32,000 nucleotides of DNA from Synechocystis sp. PCC 6803 substr. PCC-P (GTDB taxonomy: Bacteria; Cyanobacteriota; Cyanobacteriia; Cyanobacteriales; Microcystaceae), in assembly GCF_000284455.1 (NCBI RefSeq), contig NC_017039.1:270001-302000 (forward strand), written 5' to 3'. A program made the translations under genes and the position numbers. This document shows, one piece after another, positions 1 to 9,561 of this stretch (positions are counted from its first letter, which is position 1; each line of letters starts with the position of its first letter). The notes beneath the pieces are model-generated. The model was given only the letters and a program-made list of their open reading frames with translations. It had not been told where the DNA came from and did not search any database.

Positions 1-435
1 ATTCTCAGAATCAAGGGCGATTTTCAGCAGGTCGAAGCCCCGGCGATCGCCCATTTCCCCCAGGGTGGCCACAATGCTCATCTGCAAGAGCCATTCAGGA
101 GTTTCTTCGTAGGCTTTTTGCAAGTCAGGGTAGGCGGCGGTTAATTTTAGCCCCCCAATCACGTCGGCGGCCACCGATTGCACATCAATTTCCGGATCGT
201 TAAACAGCCGATCGCGCAGGAGTTGCAATGATTGTTCCAAATCGGCTTTACCCACCGGATCCAGTTGACTAACAGCGGCATAGCGGATGCGGGGATTGGC
301 ATCGTTAACCAAAGGTTTCAGCAGGGGAAAAGCTTCGGCCGGCTCCAGGGCCCGCAATTGATTCAAGCCCCGGACTTTATCACTAAAATTATCCGAACCC
401 AGTAATGCTTTGATGGCGGTGAGGGAATCACTCAT
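1..435 (-). CDS. HEAT-repeat protein, possibly phycobilisome lyase/NblB-related (3' part missing at window edge)
   Basis: Reverse-strand reading frame from ATG at 435 runs open to base 1: MSDSLTAIKALLGSDNFSDKVRGLNQLRALEPAEAFPLLKPLVNDANPRIRYAAVSQLDPVG..., with the helical-pair pattern of HEAT repeats. The NblB/lyase assignment is only suggestive. Confidence 0.7.
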   Translation of the reverse strand, partial: MSDSLTAIKALLGSDNFSDKVRGLNQLRALEPAEAFPLLKPLVNDANPRIRYAAVSQLDPVGKADLEQSLQLLRDRLFNDPEIDVQSVAADVIGGLKLTAAYPDLQKAYEETPEWLLQMSIVATLGEMGDRRGFDLLKIALDSEN

Positions 436-475
436 AACAAGATTGGAAAAATCAACTAAGGGCTAGGGTTAGGAA

Positions 476-1369
476 TTAAGACGGGCTGGACCAGCCTGGT
501 GGATGGAAATGCTGGAGGTCTGCCAATTGTAGGACTTTTGTGGGGTAGCTGCCAAAAATTTTAAGCACTTCTGTGTATTGTTTGAGCTTTTCTAGGGCTT
601 CCTGGAGTCTGGGTTCCGTTTGGCTGGCTTCTAAATCCATAAAAAAAACATATTCCCCCAAAGACCTTTTGGTGGGGCGGGATTCAATGCGACTCAGGTT
701 AATATTCCTCTGGGCCAGGAGTTGCAGGGGAGCTACTAGGGCTCCGGGCACATTGCGGGGAACACTAAAGGCAAGGGTGGTATGGCTTCCAGCAAGATAA
801 CCCTCTGAACTGATCGCCCAGAAGCGAGTGCAATTGTCAGGATAATCTTGAATGTCCGTTTGTAGTACAGAAAGATCGAATAGGGTGGCGGCCCTAGGAG
901 AGGCGATCGCCGCCGCTGTGGGGTCATCACCAATAATCTGAATCGCTTCAGTGGTGGAATTGGCCGGCACCAAACTTACCTGGGGAAGATGAGCCCCCAA
1001 CCATTTCTGGCATTGCCCCAGGGCTTGGGGATGGGACACAACCTTGGTTAAATCCGCCAAAAGTTTTCCCCGGCTGAGCAAAACATGGGTAATGGGCAGC
1101 ACTAATTCCTGTTGTATTTTTAAATTTTCCGCCGCCCAAAGGCAGTCCAGGGTAATGGCAATGCCTCCTTCCGTCGAATTCTCCACCGGCACGATCGCCA
1201 CATCCACCAAGCGTTGGGCCGCCGCCTCCAGGGTTTTGCCAATGCTGGGACAGGGAAAAAACTCCACCGCCTGCCCAGTGCGCTCCTGATGCTGTTCCCC
1301 ATAAACCAGGGCGACGGTTTCCGTGTTGGTTCCCCTTGGCCCCAAATGTGCAACGACCAATGGCGGCAT
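476..1369 (-). CDS. pheA: Prephenate dehydratase
   Basis: N-terminal LGPRGTNTETVA, the VENSTEGGI motif, and a C-terminal ACT domain with NLSRIESRPTKRSLGEYVFFMDLE. Confidence 0.95.
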   Translation of the reverse strand: MPPLVVAHLGPRGTNTETVALVYGEQHQERTGQAVEFFPCPSIGKTLEAAAQRLVDVAIVPVENSTEGGIAITLDCLWAAENLKIQQELVLPITHVLLSRGKLLADLTKVVSHPQALGQCQKWLGAHLPQVSLVPANSTTEAIQIIGDDPTAAAIASPRAATLFDLSVLQTDIQDYPDNCTRFWAISSEGYLAGSHTTLAFSVPRNVPGALVAPLQLLAQRNINLSRIESRPTKRSLGEYVFFMDLEASQTEPRLQEALEKLKQYTEVLKIFGSYPTKVLQLADLQHFHPPGWSSPS

Positions 1370-1430
1370 AAATTCTCCCCAGGAAAGCTGGTACAGAAAA
1401 TGTTATCATTTTGCAGTGGAATTAGGTTGC

Positions 1431-1502
1431 GCCGAAGTAGCTCAGTGGTAGAGTAGCTGATTCGTAATCAGTTGGCCGTGGGTTCAAATCCCATCTTCGG
1501 CT
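1431..1502 (+). tRNA. tRNA-Thr(CGU)
   Basis: Complete cloverleaf: acceptor GCCGAAG/CTTCGGC, D arm GCTC-AGTGGTA-GAGT, anticodon arm GCTGA-TTCGTAA-TCAGT, T arm GTGGG-TTCAAAT-CCCAT, discriminator T, no encoded CCA. Confidence 0.95.
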
Positions 1503-1599
1503 TTGTTTTTTCAGTCCGCCTACACAATTTTCCCTAAATTTGCTCCAGTCTTTTTAGAACAGATAAAAAGTCTAAGCAATTAGGCCTATACTTACTCTA

Positions 1600-3357
1600 A
1601 TGTCGGGTGCTATACCACAAGGCCCTCGACGAATTGACACACTGAAGCGTCGGGAAATTTTAGGCTGTGGGGGCAGTGCAATTATGGCCAGACAGGATTA
1701 CTGGGCTCCGATTCATCGTCATGAACTGGTTCGCTGGATTAAGGGCAGTGGCAGTGCGAGTTTTTGGCAGAATCCCCTCCTACATAATATTCTTTTAAAT
1801 CTTCTGGTAGCTCTGTTTTATGTTGTAGGAATTAGGCTGAGCGACCAGTTAGTTAGCACTCTATTGCCGGGAAGAATTTCCCCTGTTTGGTTTCCTTCTG
1901 CCCTCACCTTTGGTGTGTTTTTTCACTTTGGTCATTGGGTTACCCCCGGCATTATTCTTGGCTCAGTGTTGGGTTTAGTTTCAGTACTTTCTACCTTTGA
2001 TCCGCCCCCTAGTATTGCTCAATTTCTGGTCTTGGAAACAGCTTTTGCCTTTGCCAATACTCTTCAGCCCTTTATAGGGGATCTCTGGCTAAAAAATAAA
2101 CTGATATCAGTTGCCCAAAAGGAATCTGTGACCATTATCAAAGACAGTGACAGCATACAAGAACCGTTGGCTATCCTCAATCCATTCCAAAGGGTTTCCA
2201 CCACCCTTGCGTTTGTTCAGGGGGCCATAATTGGTCCGTTTTTGTCTGCGGTTATTGGTGTTACCACTTTACTTTTAATGGGCATTATTGCTCGGGAAAA
2301 CTTTTTCTATTCCTGGATAACTTGGTGGTCCAATAGTGTGCTGGCAATTATTGTCTTCACACCAGTGTTAATTAATATTCGATTTTATCATTTTCGTCGT
2401 CATCATTTTTTCAACACTAAGCTAGTTATCTCCCTTGTTTTAACTTTTTTGGTTTGGTTTCTATCGTTTTATCATTCCTTCCCCGTCGCCTACATGTTTT
2501 TGCCACTAATTCTATTTGTGGTCTTTCATTTTGGTGACTTCTTTGCCAGTATTTTTGTTGCTTTCTTTGCTTTTTTTGCTATTTTTGCCACTGCCCAAGG
2601 CCAAGGTTTATTCAACCAAGATTCCGGCAATAACTCGATTATATTTCTCCAACTGTTTACGGCGGTCATTTCCATGACAGCATTGTTTTTCTCCGCTATT
2701 ATTCAAGAAAAGAAAATTGCCCAACAATCCCTCTCCCGGGCAGTAAAAAATTTAGAAAATGAAGTGCAGAAAAGAACTGACAAGTTGGCTGCTGCTAACA
2801 AATCCTTGGAATTGGCCAATATTGAACTTAATAAATTAGCCCACATTGACGGTCTAACCCGTATCCCTAACCGTCGTTATTTTGAGCAACAATTTGCTGA
2901 AGAATGGCAGATTTTCCTGGGGAGGGGCAAGAGTCTAACGGTGATGATGGTGGATGTGGACCATTTCAAGCTCTATAACGACCATTATGGCCACAGTCAG
3001 GGAGACATTTGCCTCGCGGAGATTGCCCAAATATTGCAATGCTGTATCCGTCAACCAGGATCTGATTTTGTCGCCCGTTACGGAGGGGAAGAGTTTGTCT
3101 TAGTCTTGCCGGAGGTAGACCAGTTCGGGGCGATCGCCATTGCCCAAAGAATTAAAACTGCCCTACAAACCAGAAATATTTCCCACCACGCAGTTGATCT
3201 GGCCGGCAATGTCACCTGTAGCATTGGCATCGCTGTAGCCCATTCTAGATTTGCCAGTAGCAAGGAAACCTTGCTCAAACAAGCAGACCAAGCTTTGTAT
3301 TGTGCAAAGCAGGCAGGCAGGAATCAATATTTTCTTTTCGACCATGCTGAGGAGTGA
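1600..3357 (+). CDS. Membrane-anchored (MASE1-like) diguanylate cyclase with C-terminal GGDEF domain
   Basis: Multiple N-terminal transmembrane segments, coiled linker, then DGLTRIPNRRYFEQ...MMVDVDHFKLYNDHYGHSQGD...ARYGGEEFVLVLPEVD. Confidence 0.9.
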   Translation: MSGAIPQGPRRIDTLKRREILGCGGSAIMARQDYWAPIHRHELVRWIKGSGSASFWQNPLLHNILLNLLVALFYVVGIRLSDQLVSTLLPGRISPVWFPSALTFGVFFHFGHWVTPGIILGSVLGLVSVLSTFDPPPSIAQFLVLETAFAFANTLQPFIGDLWLKNKLISVAQKESVTIIKDSDSIQEPLAILNPFQRVSTTLAFVQGAIIGPFLSAVIGVTTLLLMGIIARENFFYSWITWWSNSVLAIIVFTPVLINIRFYHFRRHHFFNTKLVISLVLTFLVWFLSFYHSFPVAYMFLPLILFVVFHFGDFFASIFVAFFAFFAIFATAQGQGLFNQDSGNNSIIFLQLFTAVISMTALFFSAIIQEKKIAQQSLSRAVKNLENEVQKRTDKLAAANKSLELANIELNKLAHIDGLTRIPNRRYFEQQFAEEWQIFLGRGKSLTVMMVDVDHFKLYNDHYGHSQGDICLAEIAQILQCCIRQPGSDFVARYGGEEFVLVLPEVDQFGAIAIAQRIKTALQTRNISHHAVDLAGNVTCSIGIAVAHSRFASSKETLLKQADQALYCAKQAGRNQYFLFDHAEE

Positions 3358-3380
3358 ACCAACATCATTCACCGCCCCAG

Positions 3381-3767
3381 TTAGGCATTGGGCGGATTAC
3401 CTATTTTGTTTGGGAAAGACACTTCAAGAACCACACATCCTTCCTCTGTTTTAAAAGGCCCATGAATTTCGCCGGGGGGTCTGCTAGCATAGTGGCCGGT
3501 TTCTAACCACATCTCAAAGGCTTAATCATATAGGCGACCGCTCACGATAAATACCTCTTCGGGATAGTCATGACTTTTGCTTCCCAACGGTGTTGTGTCG
3601 GCCTTGGGAAAAAAGCGGGTTAAACGGGTATATTCACCTGTTTCACCATCGATACTCAGTGTTATTTCTTTGGCCATGCCTTCAAGACCTTCGATGGGAT
3701 GCCACTCGTTTTGATTGTTTGAAGTTAACGGGTTCCAGTAAGTGACGGTTGATTTAGCCATTTTCAT
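3381..3767 (-). pseudogene. ChrR-type cupin-domain protein gene interrupted by an in-frame TAA
   Basis: Frame 3767->3525 ends ...PEEVFIVSGRLYD then TAA (3522-3524). The same frame continues to 3381 as AFEMWLETGHYASRPPGEIHGPFKTEEGCVVLEVSFPNKIGNPPNA*, completing the cupin fold. Confidence 0.75.
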
Positions 3768-3801
3768 GATTCTTTATCTACAATACTTTTGCTAAAAATC
3801 A

Positions 3802-4404
3802 TCACAATTTGCCATAGCGCCAGCCGTCGATGATATCAATCAACTCATTGGACCAAGCATTGGGGTTACGGTCTTGGTAAATGCTCCAGATGGATTGATA
3901 GTACCAAAGAATGCCGGATTTACCCCGATTAAACTTTTGCCAAATTTCATCTCCATGGCGACGTAAATCAATGGCGATGGTGCGGGCATTGTGGAGGTTA
4001 TCTGCCAAGGAAATTTTCAGCACCGCTAGGGAAGCCTGACGCATTTTTTCCAAATGTTCTTGCTTTCGTTGTTCCCAGGGAGGCTTGGGTGTGGTGGTAC
4101 TGTCTGAACAGTCTCGGACTAAAGCCGCCACCGTTCGGCCAAATTGATTTTCGATCATGGCCAGGGTTTCCATGCCCCCTTGGTCTTCCACTGCATCATG
4201 GAGCAAAGCGGCGATCGCCTCATCTTCACTGCCTCCCATTTCCAATACCAGGGCTGTCACCCCCAACAAATGACTGATGTAGGGCACCCGGGAACCTTTG
4301 CGGCATTGTTCGGCGTGTAGTTGGTTGGCCAATACCAGAGCATCACCAAAGCGGGCAGTGAGAGGAGTAGGATTTGATCGATTCATGGAAATTACTAATG
4401 CCAA
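3802..4404 (-). CDS. HD-domain (RelA/SpoT-like) metal-dependent phosphohydrolase
   Basis: RKGSRVPYISHLLGVTALV...AAIAALLHDAVEDQGG...KISLADNLHNARTI: HD-domain motifs typical of the ppGpp hydrolase-like group. Confidence 0.85.
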   Translation of the reverse strand: MALVISMNRSNPTPLTARFGDALVLANQLHAEQCRKGSRVPYISHLLGVTALVLEMGGSEDEAIAALLHDAVEDQGGMETLAMIENQFGRTVAALVRDCSDSTTTPKPPWEQRKQEHLEKMRQASLAVLKISLADNLHNARTIAIDLRRHGDEIWQKFNRGKSGILWYYQSIWSIYQDRNPNAWSNELIDIIDGWRYGKL

Positions 4405-4501
4405 TCTTGCTAATCCAGGTAAAGATCCGCTGTAGCTAACTCAAACAAAGGGAAGAGGAAGGTGGAAATTAGGTAATTACCTGCTTAAACTTCCTCAGGA
4501 T

Positions 4502-5680
4502 TTATTTTAGTCCAATTTTATTTAAATTCGCGTTGAGATGTTCATAGAGGGTAGTGCGTTGTTGATAGGGGCGACCAGTGGAGATGATGGCATTCTGCAG
4601 TTGGGTGGCGGTCAGACAGGTTCCCCCTTTAGCCCCGGCCATGGTGGTGATGTGTTCTTCCATCAGGGTTCCGCCCAAATCATTACAGCCCCATTCCAAA
4701 GCGGTGGTGGCTCCCGTCAGCCCCAGTTTGACCCAGCTTGGTTGGTGATTGACAATCCATTTTCCTAGATACAAACGGGCAATCGCCATAATTTGTAGGG
4801 CTTGATCTAAATCCGGCTGGTCTCTGCCGACCCTTTTCCTCAGGCTAGGGGGCGCTTTTTCCCCCACAAAGGGCAGGAGGATAAATTCAGTAATACTGGC
4901 GGCATAACCTTGGGCTAGACTTGTTTGTTGCCTTTGGCGTAGGCGATCGAGGTGGGTAATAATCTCCTCTGGGGTTTCAACGTGCCCTGCCATGAGGGTA
5001 CTGGTGGTGGGTAAACCGTGGCGATGGGCTAAACCGATGATCTCCAACCAAGTCTGACTATCGATTTTTTCCGGGCAAATAATACGCCTTACCCGGTCCA
5101 CCAATACTTCTGCTGCCGTGCCGGGTAAGGAATCCAACCCAGAGAATTTGAGGGCCATTAACACTTCTCCATAGGTCAAACCATCCTGGCGGGCGATAAA
5201 TTGAATTTCCTGGGGAGAAAAGCCGTGGAGATGGAGCTGGGGAAATTGTCCCTTGATGGTTTCGACTAAGTTGACGTAATAGGCCAAGCTGGAACCATTA
5301 ATTTTTGCCTGGGGATTTAACCCCCCCTGGAGACAAATTTCCGTTGCTCCCTGGGCCACTGCGCCCTTAGTTTTGTTGAAAATTTCCGAGTCGGTTAACC
5401 AGTAGGCTCCCGTTTGTCCGTCATCCCGACGAAAAGCGCAAAAATTACAATGTTGCTCGCAAATATTGGTGAAATTAATGTTGCGATTGACCACATAGGT
5501 GACCGTTTCCCCTACCAATTTCCGCCGTAGGCGATCGCCGTATTGCCGGATCACCTCCCAACCTCCGGGATCATCACATTGCAAGAGTAGCAAACCCTGC
5601 TCAGGAGTCAAATCTTCCAGGGCCAGGGCTTGGGCGGCCAGTTCTTCAATCAGGGTAAGGTTGACGGTAGATAGCACCAT
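4502..5680 (-). CDS. cofH: FO synthase subunit 2 (7,8-didemethyl-8-hydroxy-5-deazariboflavin synthase), radical SAM
   Basis: [19 protein letters not shown] radical SAM Cx3Cx2C motif, [31 protein letters not shown]; full length. Confidence 0.9.
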   Translation of the reverse strand: MVLSTVNLTLIEELAAQALALEDLTPEQGLLLLQCDDPGGWEVIRQYGDRLRRKLVGETVTYVVNRNINFTNICEQHCNFCAFRRDDGQTGAYWLTDSEIFNKTKGAVAQGATEICLQGGLNPQAKINGSSLAYYVNLVETIKGQFPQLHLHGFSPQEIQFIARQDGLTYGEVLMALKFSGLDSLPGTAAEVLVDRVRRIICPEKIDSQTWLEIIGLAHRHGLPTTSTLMAGHVETPEEIITHLDRLRQRQQTSLAQGYAASITEFILLPFVGEKAPPSLRKRVGRDQPDLDQALQIMAIARLYLGKWIVNHQPSWVKLGLTGATTALEWGCNDLGGTLMEEHITTMAGAKGGTCLTATQLQNAIISTGRPYQQRTTLYEHLNANLNKIGLK

Positions 5681-5806
5681 TGGCCTGGGTTAGGGAAGGA
5701 AAGATGGGCGGTCTTCCACAGTGTAACCTCAGTTTTGCCCGATGCCTTTTTTCAAATTGGCGATCGCCTGGTTGGGCTCAACTTCAAGCCATTTTCTAAA
5801 CAAGCC

Positions 5807-6283
5807 CTAACAATTTTCGTGGAGAATGAGACGATTTCCCGCTGGATCATAAAGATAAATTTCTCGCCCGTGGCTGGCATAGGTAATGTTGTTTTCAGCG
5901 ATAGGGAGATGGAACTTACCAATGCTGGCGATCGCCGTGGGTAAATCAGCCACTTCTAAACAAAGGCTAAAGCCACTACGGTCAGAACAGGAAAATTCCT
6001 GGGCATGGTCTGGGTGGGGGGAAAAAATTGCCAATACCATCCCTGGCAACTGAAATTCACCATAACGTCCGGGGGAGTAGGGCTGGGGTTCTTGTTCCAG
6101 AAGAGATTGATAAAAAGCCACCACTTCAGCAAAATTAACAGCACCAATGGTGAGAAAAGCTTTTTTGCAGAAAACCATGGCGCTGTGCCCCATTGCTAAC
6201 TTTAGGAGTACGGTTAACTTTGACCGGGTTGCCTCCTCAGAAAATGGCCGGGGCAAAGCAGTCTGACCCCAGCCTAGCGCCAT
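5807..6283 (-). CDS. VOC (glyoxalase/bleomycin-resistance-like) family protein
   Basis: NFAEVVAFYQSLL...FQLPGMVLAIFSPH...REIYLYDPAGNRLILHE, typical of the VOC fold. The start may be internal. Confidence 0.75.
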   Translation of the reverse strand: MALGWGQTALPRPFSEEATRSKLTVLLKLAMGHSAMVFCKKAFLTIGAVNFAEVVAFYQSLLEQEPQPYSPGRYGEFQLPGMVLAIFSPHPDHAQEFSCSDRSGFSLCLEVADLPTAIASIGKFHLPIAENNITYASHGREIYLYDPAGNRLILHENC

Positions 6284-6422
6284 CTCTGGGTTAAAATCCT
6301 CTCAGGTCAAGTAATGTTAAGATTGGCCAGAAAAAATGTGGTGCCAATTAGTAACTCGGTTTTGTTTGACCCTAGCTGGCGATCGCCTAGGTGGCCGTAG
6401 CTGACTAGTTTTTCCCCTGTAA

Positions 6423-8342
6423 TTGCAGATGAATAAGACCTTTAACCTCCCTATTGCCCGCTATTTCCAGTCTGGTCTGCCACTGCAACGGTTGCCCCTT
6501 CAGTTTTGGGCGATTTTTCTGATTTTGATGTCGGGGGGAATCGGTCTGGCTTCCACCAATTGGTTGTTGGTTTTGCCCAAAAGTCCCCAATGTAACCGGG
6601 TGTTTTGGCCGGTGGCTTCGGCGTCCATGCGGCTTTACTGTGCCCAGTTATCGGCGGAAGAAAAAACCGTTGATGGGCTGTTGCGGGCCATTAATCTTTT
6701 GGCAGCCTTGCCCAAGGATCATCCCCTGGCGGTGGAGGTGAACCGTAATATTGAAGCCTGGGCCACGGATTTATTGGATTTGGCCGAGGATTTTTTCCAA
6801 AAAGGACTACTGGAAGAGGCGATCGCCGCAGCGGAGAAAATTCCCGACCATGTGCAGGCCTACGACTTGGTGGAGGAAAGGATTGCCGCTTGGCGGGGCC
6901 TTTGGCAGGAAGGGGAAACCATCTATGGCGAAGTGGAAAATGATCTACGCAATTCCCGTTGGAATAGTGCCTTTCGCAATGCGGTGCGTTTGTTGAATCT
7001 GGATAACACCTTTTGGGCTACCACCAAATACGACCAAGCTATCCGCAATATTCAAATTGCCCAGGAGGAAAGTAGTAAATTAGACAATGCCTATCGCATT
7101 CTGCGCCGGGGAGGTACGGATAATTGGCTCAAGGCGATCGAAGATGCGGCCAAAATTCCCAAAGATAGCTACGCCTACCAAGAAGCGCAGAAATTAATCG
7201 CCCAAGCGGTGGATAAATTAACCGGCTCCATTGAAACCATGATTGAGGGTCAAGATTGGCAAACTTTGAACAGTACCCTGAGTCGTTTGCCGGAATCTTA
7301 CTTTCCCGCCCAAGATTTAAATGATTGGCAAATTCTCGCCACAGCCGGTTTGGAAGCTCAAATGGGCACAGTGGAAGGTTTAGGATTGGCCATTACCACC
7401 GCAGAAAAGTTGACGGATAGTAGTCGCCCCTACTATGCCCTCGCCCAGGAACTGGTTAAGGATTGGCGTCAGGAAGAAACTGCTCTACAACAGTTGGCCC
7501 AGGCCCGCAACACCGCTGAAATTGGGACCGTCAGCGCCCTCAACCAGGCGATCGCCCAAGCCAAATTAATTACCCCGGATAACCCCCGTCATCAAGAAGC
7601 GGCCCGGGACATTGCCAACTGGACAGAGCGCATCCAAATTGATGAAGACCGGCCGATTTTGCGGCAGGCAAGGGAATTGGCTAATGGGGGCAATCTAGAA
7701 CAGGCTATTCAGCAAGCGGAACGGATTGGCAGGGGCCGAGCTTTATATTCCGAAGCCCGCCAAAGCATTAATCAATGGCAGGCCACCATCCAGCGTCGCA
7801 TTGACCAACCCATCCTCGACCAGGCGATCGCCTTGGCCAATGCCCAAAATTATGAAGCGGCCATTAGTACCGCCCGTCAAATAGAAGGAAACCGGGCCCT
7901 GTCCGGGGAAGCCCGTCTGCAAATTAGCCGTTGGCAAGCAGAAATTAACGCCCAAAACAACCTGAGGAGGGCCCAGGAATTGGCATCTTCCCGAACCGTG
8001 GATTCCCTTGGCCAGGCGGTGCAACTGATTCGCCAAGTCCCCCGTAGTAGCGATGTTGGTGGTCAAAGGTTGCAGTTGGTCAACAATTGGAGCTATCAAA
8101 TTTTATCCCTAGCCCAGGAACAAGCCCAGTCTGGTAACTACCAGCAGGCTATCCGTGCCCTCCAGCAAATTCCGGCTGAAAGCGCCGCCTATAACAGTGC
8201 CCAAAGCTTTTTGCAGGAATGGCGCAGTTTTAACCAACCTTCCCCGGTTCCCCTTACCCCCGTCGCTCCCCCTGCCCCTAGGGTTGAGTCTCCTTTGTCG
8301 ACGGAATCAGAATTGCCTCCCCTGGAGAGTCCGCAAAATTAA
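6423..8342 (+). CDS. Uncharacterised membrane-anchored protein with degenerate alpha-helical repeats
   Basis: Long ORF with an N-terminal hydrophobic segment (LQFWAIFLILMSGGIGLASTNWLLVL) and ~40-45 aa units of the form AxxLAxxxxYxxAIxxAxxI...YxEAxxxIxxWxxxI. Confidence 0.8.
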   Translation: MQMNKTFNLPIARYFQSGLPLQRLPLQFWAIFLILMSGGIGLASTNWLLVLPKSPQCNRVFWPVASASMRLYCAQLSAEEKTVDGLLRAINLLAALPKDHPLAVEVNRNIEAWATDLLDLAEDFFQKGLLEEAIAAAEKIPDHVQAYDLVEERIAAWRGLWQEGETIYGEVENDLRNSRWNSAFRNAVRLLNLDNTFWATTKYDQAIRNIQIAQEESSKLDNAYRILRRGGTDNWLKAIEDAAKIPKDSYAYQEAQKLIAQAVDKLTGSIETMIEGQDWQTLNSTLSRLPESYFPAQDLNDWQILATAGLEAQMGTVEGLGLAITTAEKLTDSSRPYYALAQELVKDWRQEETALQQLAQARNTAEIGTVSALNQAIAQAKLITPDNPRHQEAARDIANWTERIQIDEDRPILRQARELANGGNLEQAIQQAERIGRGRALYSEARQSINQWQATIQRRIDQPILDQAIALANAQNYEAAISTARQIEGNRALSGEARLQISRWQAEINAQNNLRRAQELASSRTVDSLGQAVQLIRQVPRSSDVGGQRLQLVNNWSYQILSLAQEQAQSGNYQQAIRALQQIPAESAAYNSAQSFLQEWRSFNQPSPVPLTPVAPPAPRVESPLSTESELPPLESPQN

Positions 8343-8421
8343 CCCCTGATAGGACTGTCTTAGCCCTATTTTGGGACGACCGACCAGGAAGATCTCCCCC
8401 TTGTGATAGCTTGGTAAGGCT

Positions 8422-9561
8422 TTGGCAATCATTGCTTTCCCTAAGCAGTTGCTCTGCTGTCCCCAAACATTAACCAGATTAAAGATTAGCCCTATGGTTG
8501 AGCTTGCGCCTTCCCCTGAAGCCATTACCGCCGCGCTGGAAATTCCCGCTGACATTAACTTTGCACTGCCCGATCCTGCGGACGAAGAGATCCAAGAGCA
8601 CGAGTTTCAGCAACAGTTGGAGGATTTTTGGCAACTGTGTGAGCGCTTTGATCTGCAAACGGAAATCTGGCGGGGTCGCATTCTCCGGGCGGTGCGGGAC
8701 CGAGAAAAAATTGGTGGTGAAGGTCGGGGCACTGGCTTTTTAAATTGGCTCAAGCAACGGGAAATTTCCAAAGCCCAGGCCTATGCCCTCATTCAGCTGG
8801 CCAATAGTGCCGATACTTTAATCACTGAAGGACAATTAGACCCCAATTCCATCAACAATTTCAGCAAACGGGCCTTTGTGGAAACCGCTAAGGCTGATCC
8901 GGAGGTGCAAAAGTTAGTCAGTGATGCGGCCCATAACGGCGATCGCATTACCCGACGGGAAGTGAAGCAGTTGGCCGATGAGTGGACTGCCATGAGCTCG
9001 GAACTCTTGCCCGATGTGCTCAAGGAAAAAGCCACCGATGGCACCGTCTCCCCCCGACACTTAGCCCCCCTGGTGAAGGAACTAGAAAAAGTACCAGAAA
9101 CCCATTTGCAAGCCCTCCAGGAAGAGGCGATCGCCTCCCCCGATGTGGACACGGTTAAATATCTCACCACTTCCGCCCGTAATTTGTCTAAATATTTGGA
9201 TGCGGCGGCCAAGGTGCAAACCCTGAAAGCTTTTCCGCTGGATATGGAACTGGCTTTACAGGAAGCCCTACGGTTGGATTGCCTCAACACTGCGGCGGAT
9301 TTGCTCAAACAGGCCACCCAACTAGAACAATCCGTAGGTAAACTGTTCACCACCTGGAAGCGTTTAGCGACTTTGTCCGATCGCCTCTATGTGGACACCG
9401 GAGCTAGTACCCCCAACCTGCGTTCCCTGTTGACGGCTATTGAAAGTCTCACCCAGGAAGTGATTGAAGTGCCCCTGGATGAGGATGGCAACAACACAGT
9501 GCGTTTAAAAATTACTTGTTCAGACGGTCTAGCAACCACAGGGACGACAACAAACCAGTGA
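8422..9561 (+). CDS. Uncharacterised protein with a possible ParB/DUF3102-like helix-turn-helix segment
   Basis: Continuous 379-aa ORF; the start may be the internal ATG at 8494 (MVELAPSP). FLNWLKQREISKAQAYALIQLAN resembles an HTH-containing element. Confidence 0.75.
   Translation: MAIIAFPKQLLCCPQTLTRLKISPMVELAPSPEAITAALEIPADINFALPDPADEEIQEHEFQQQLEDFWQLCERFDLQTEIWRGRILRAVRDREKIGGEGRGTGFLNWLKQREISKAQAYALIQLANSADTLITEGQLDPNSINNFSKRAFVETAKADPEVQKLVSDAAHNGDRITRREVKQLADEWTAMSSELLPDVLKEKATDGTVSPRHLAPLVKELEKVPETHLQALQEEAIASPDVDTVKYLTTSARNLSKYLDAAAKVQTLKAFPLDMELALQEALRLDCLNTAADLLKQATQLEQSVGKLFTTWKRLATLSDRLYVDTGASTPNLRSLLTAIESLTQEVIEVPLDEDGNNTVRLKITCSDGLATTGTTTNQ

Noticed and set aside
948-1409. 153-aa minus-strand ORF overlapping pheA, and similar antisense ORFs (573-800, 1044-1289, 1214-1456)
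   Set aside because: They lie in alternative frames of a confidently identified pheA (and partly the tRNA), with no family-like sequence.
8793-9353. 186-aa minus-strand ORF inside the 8422-9561 gene
   Set aside because: Low-complexity Ser/Ala/Cys-rich shadow ORF antisense to a longer plausible gene.
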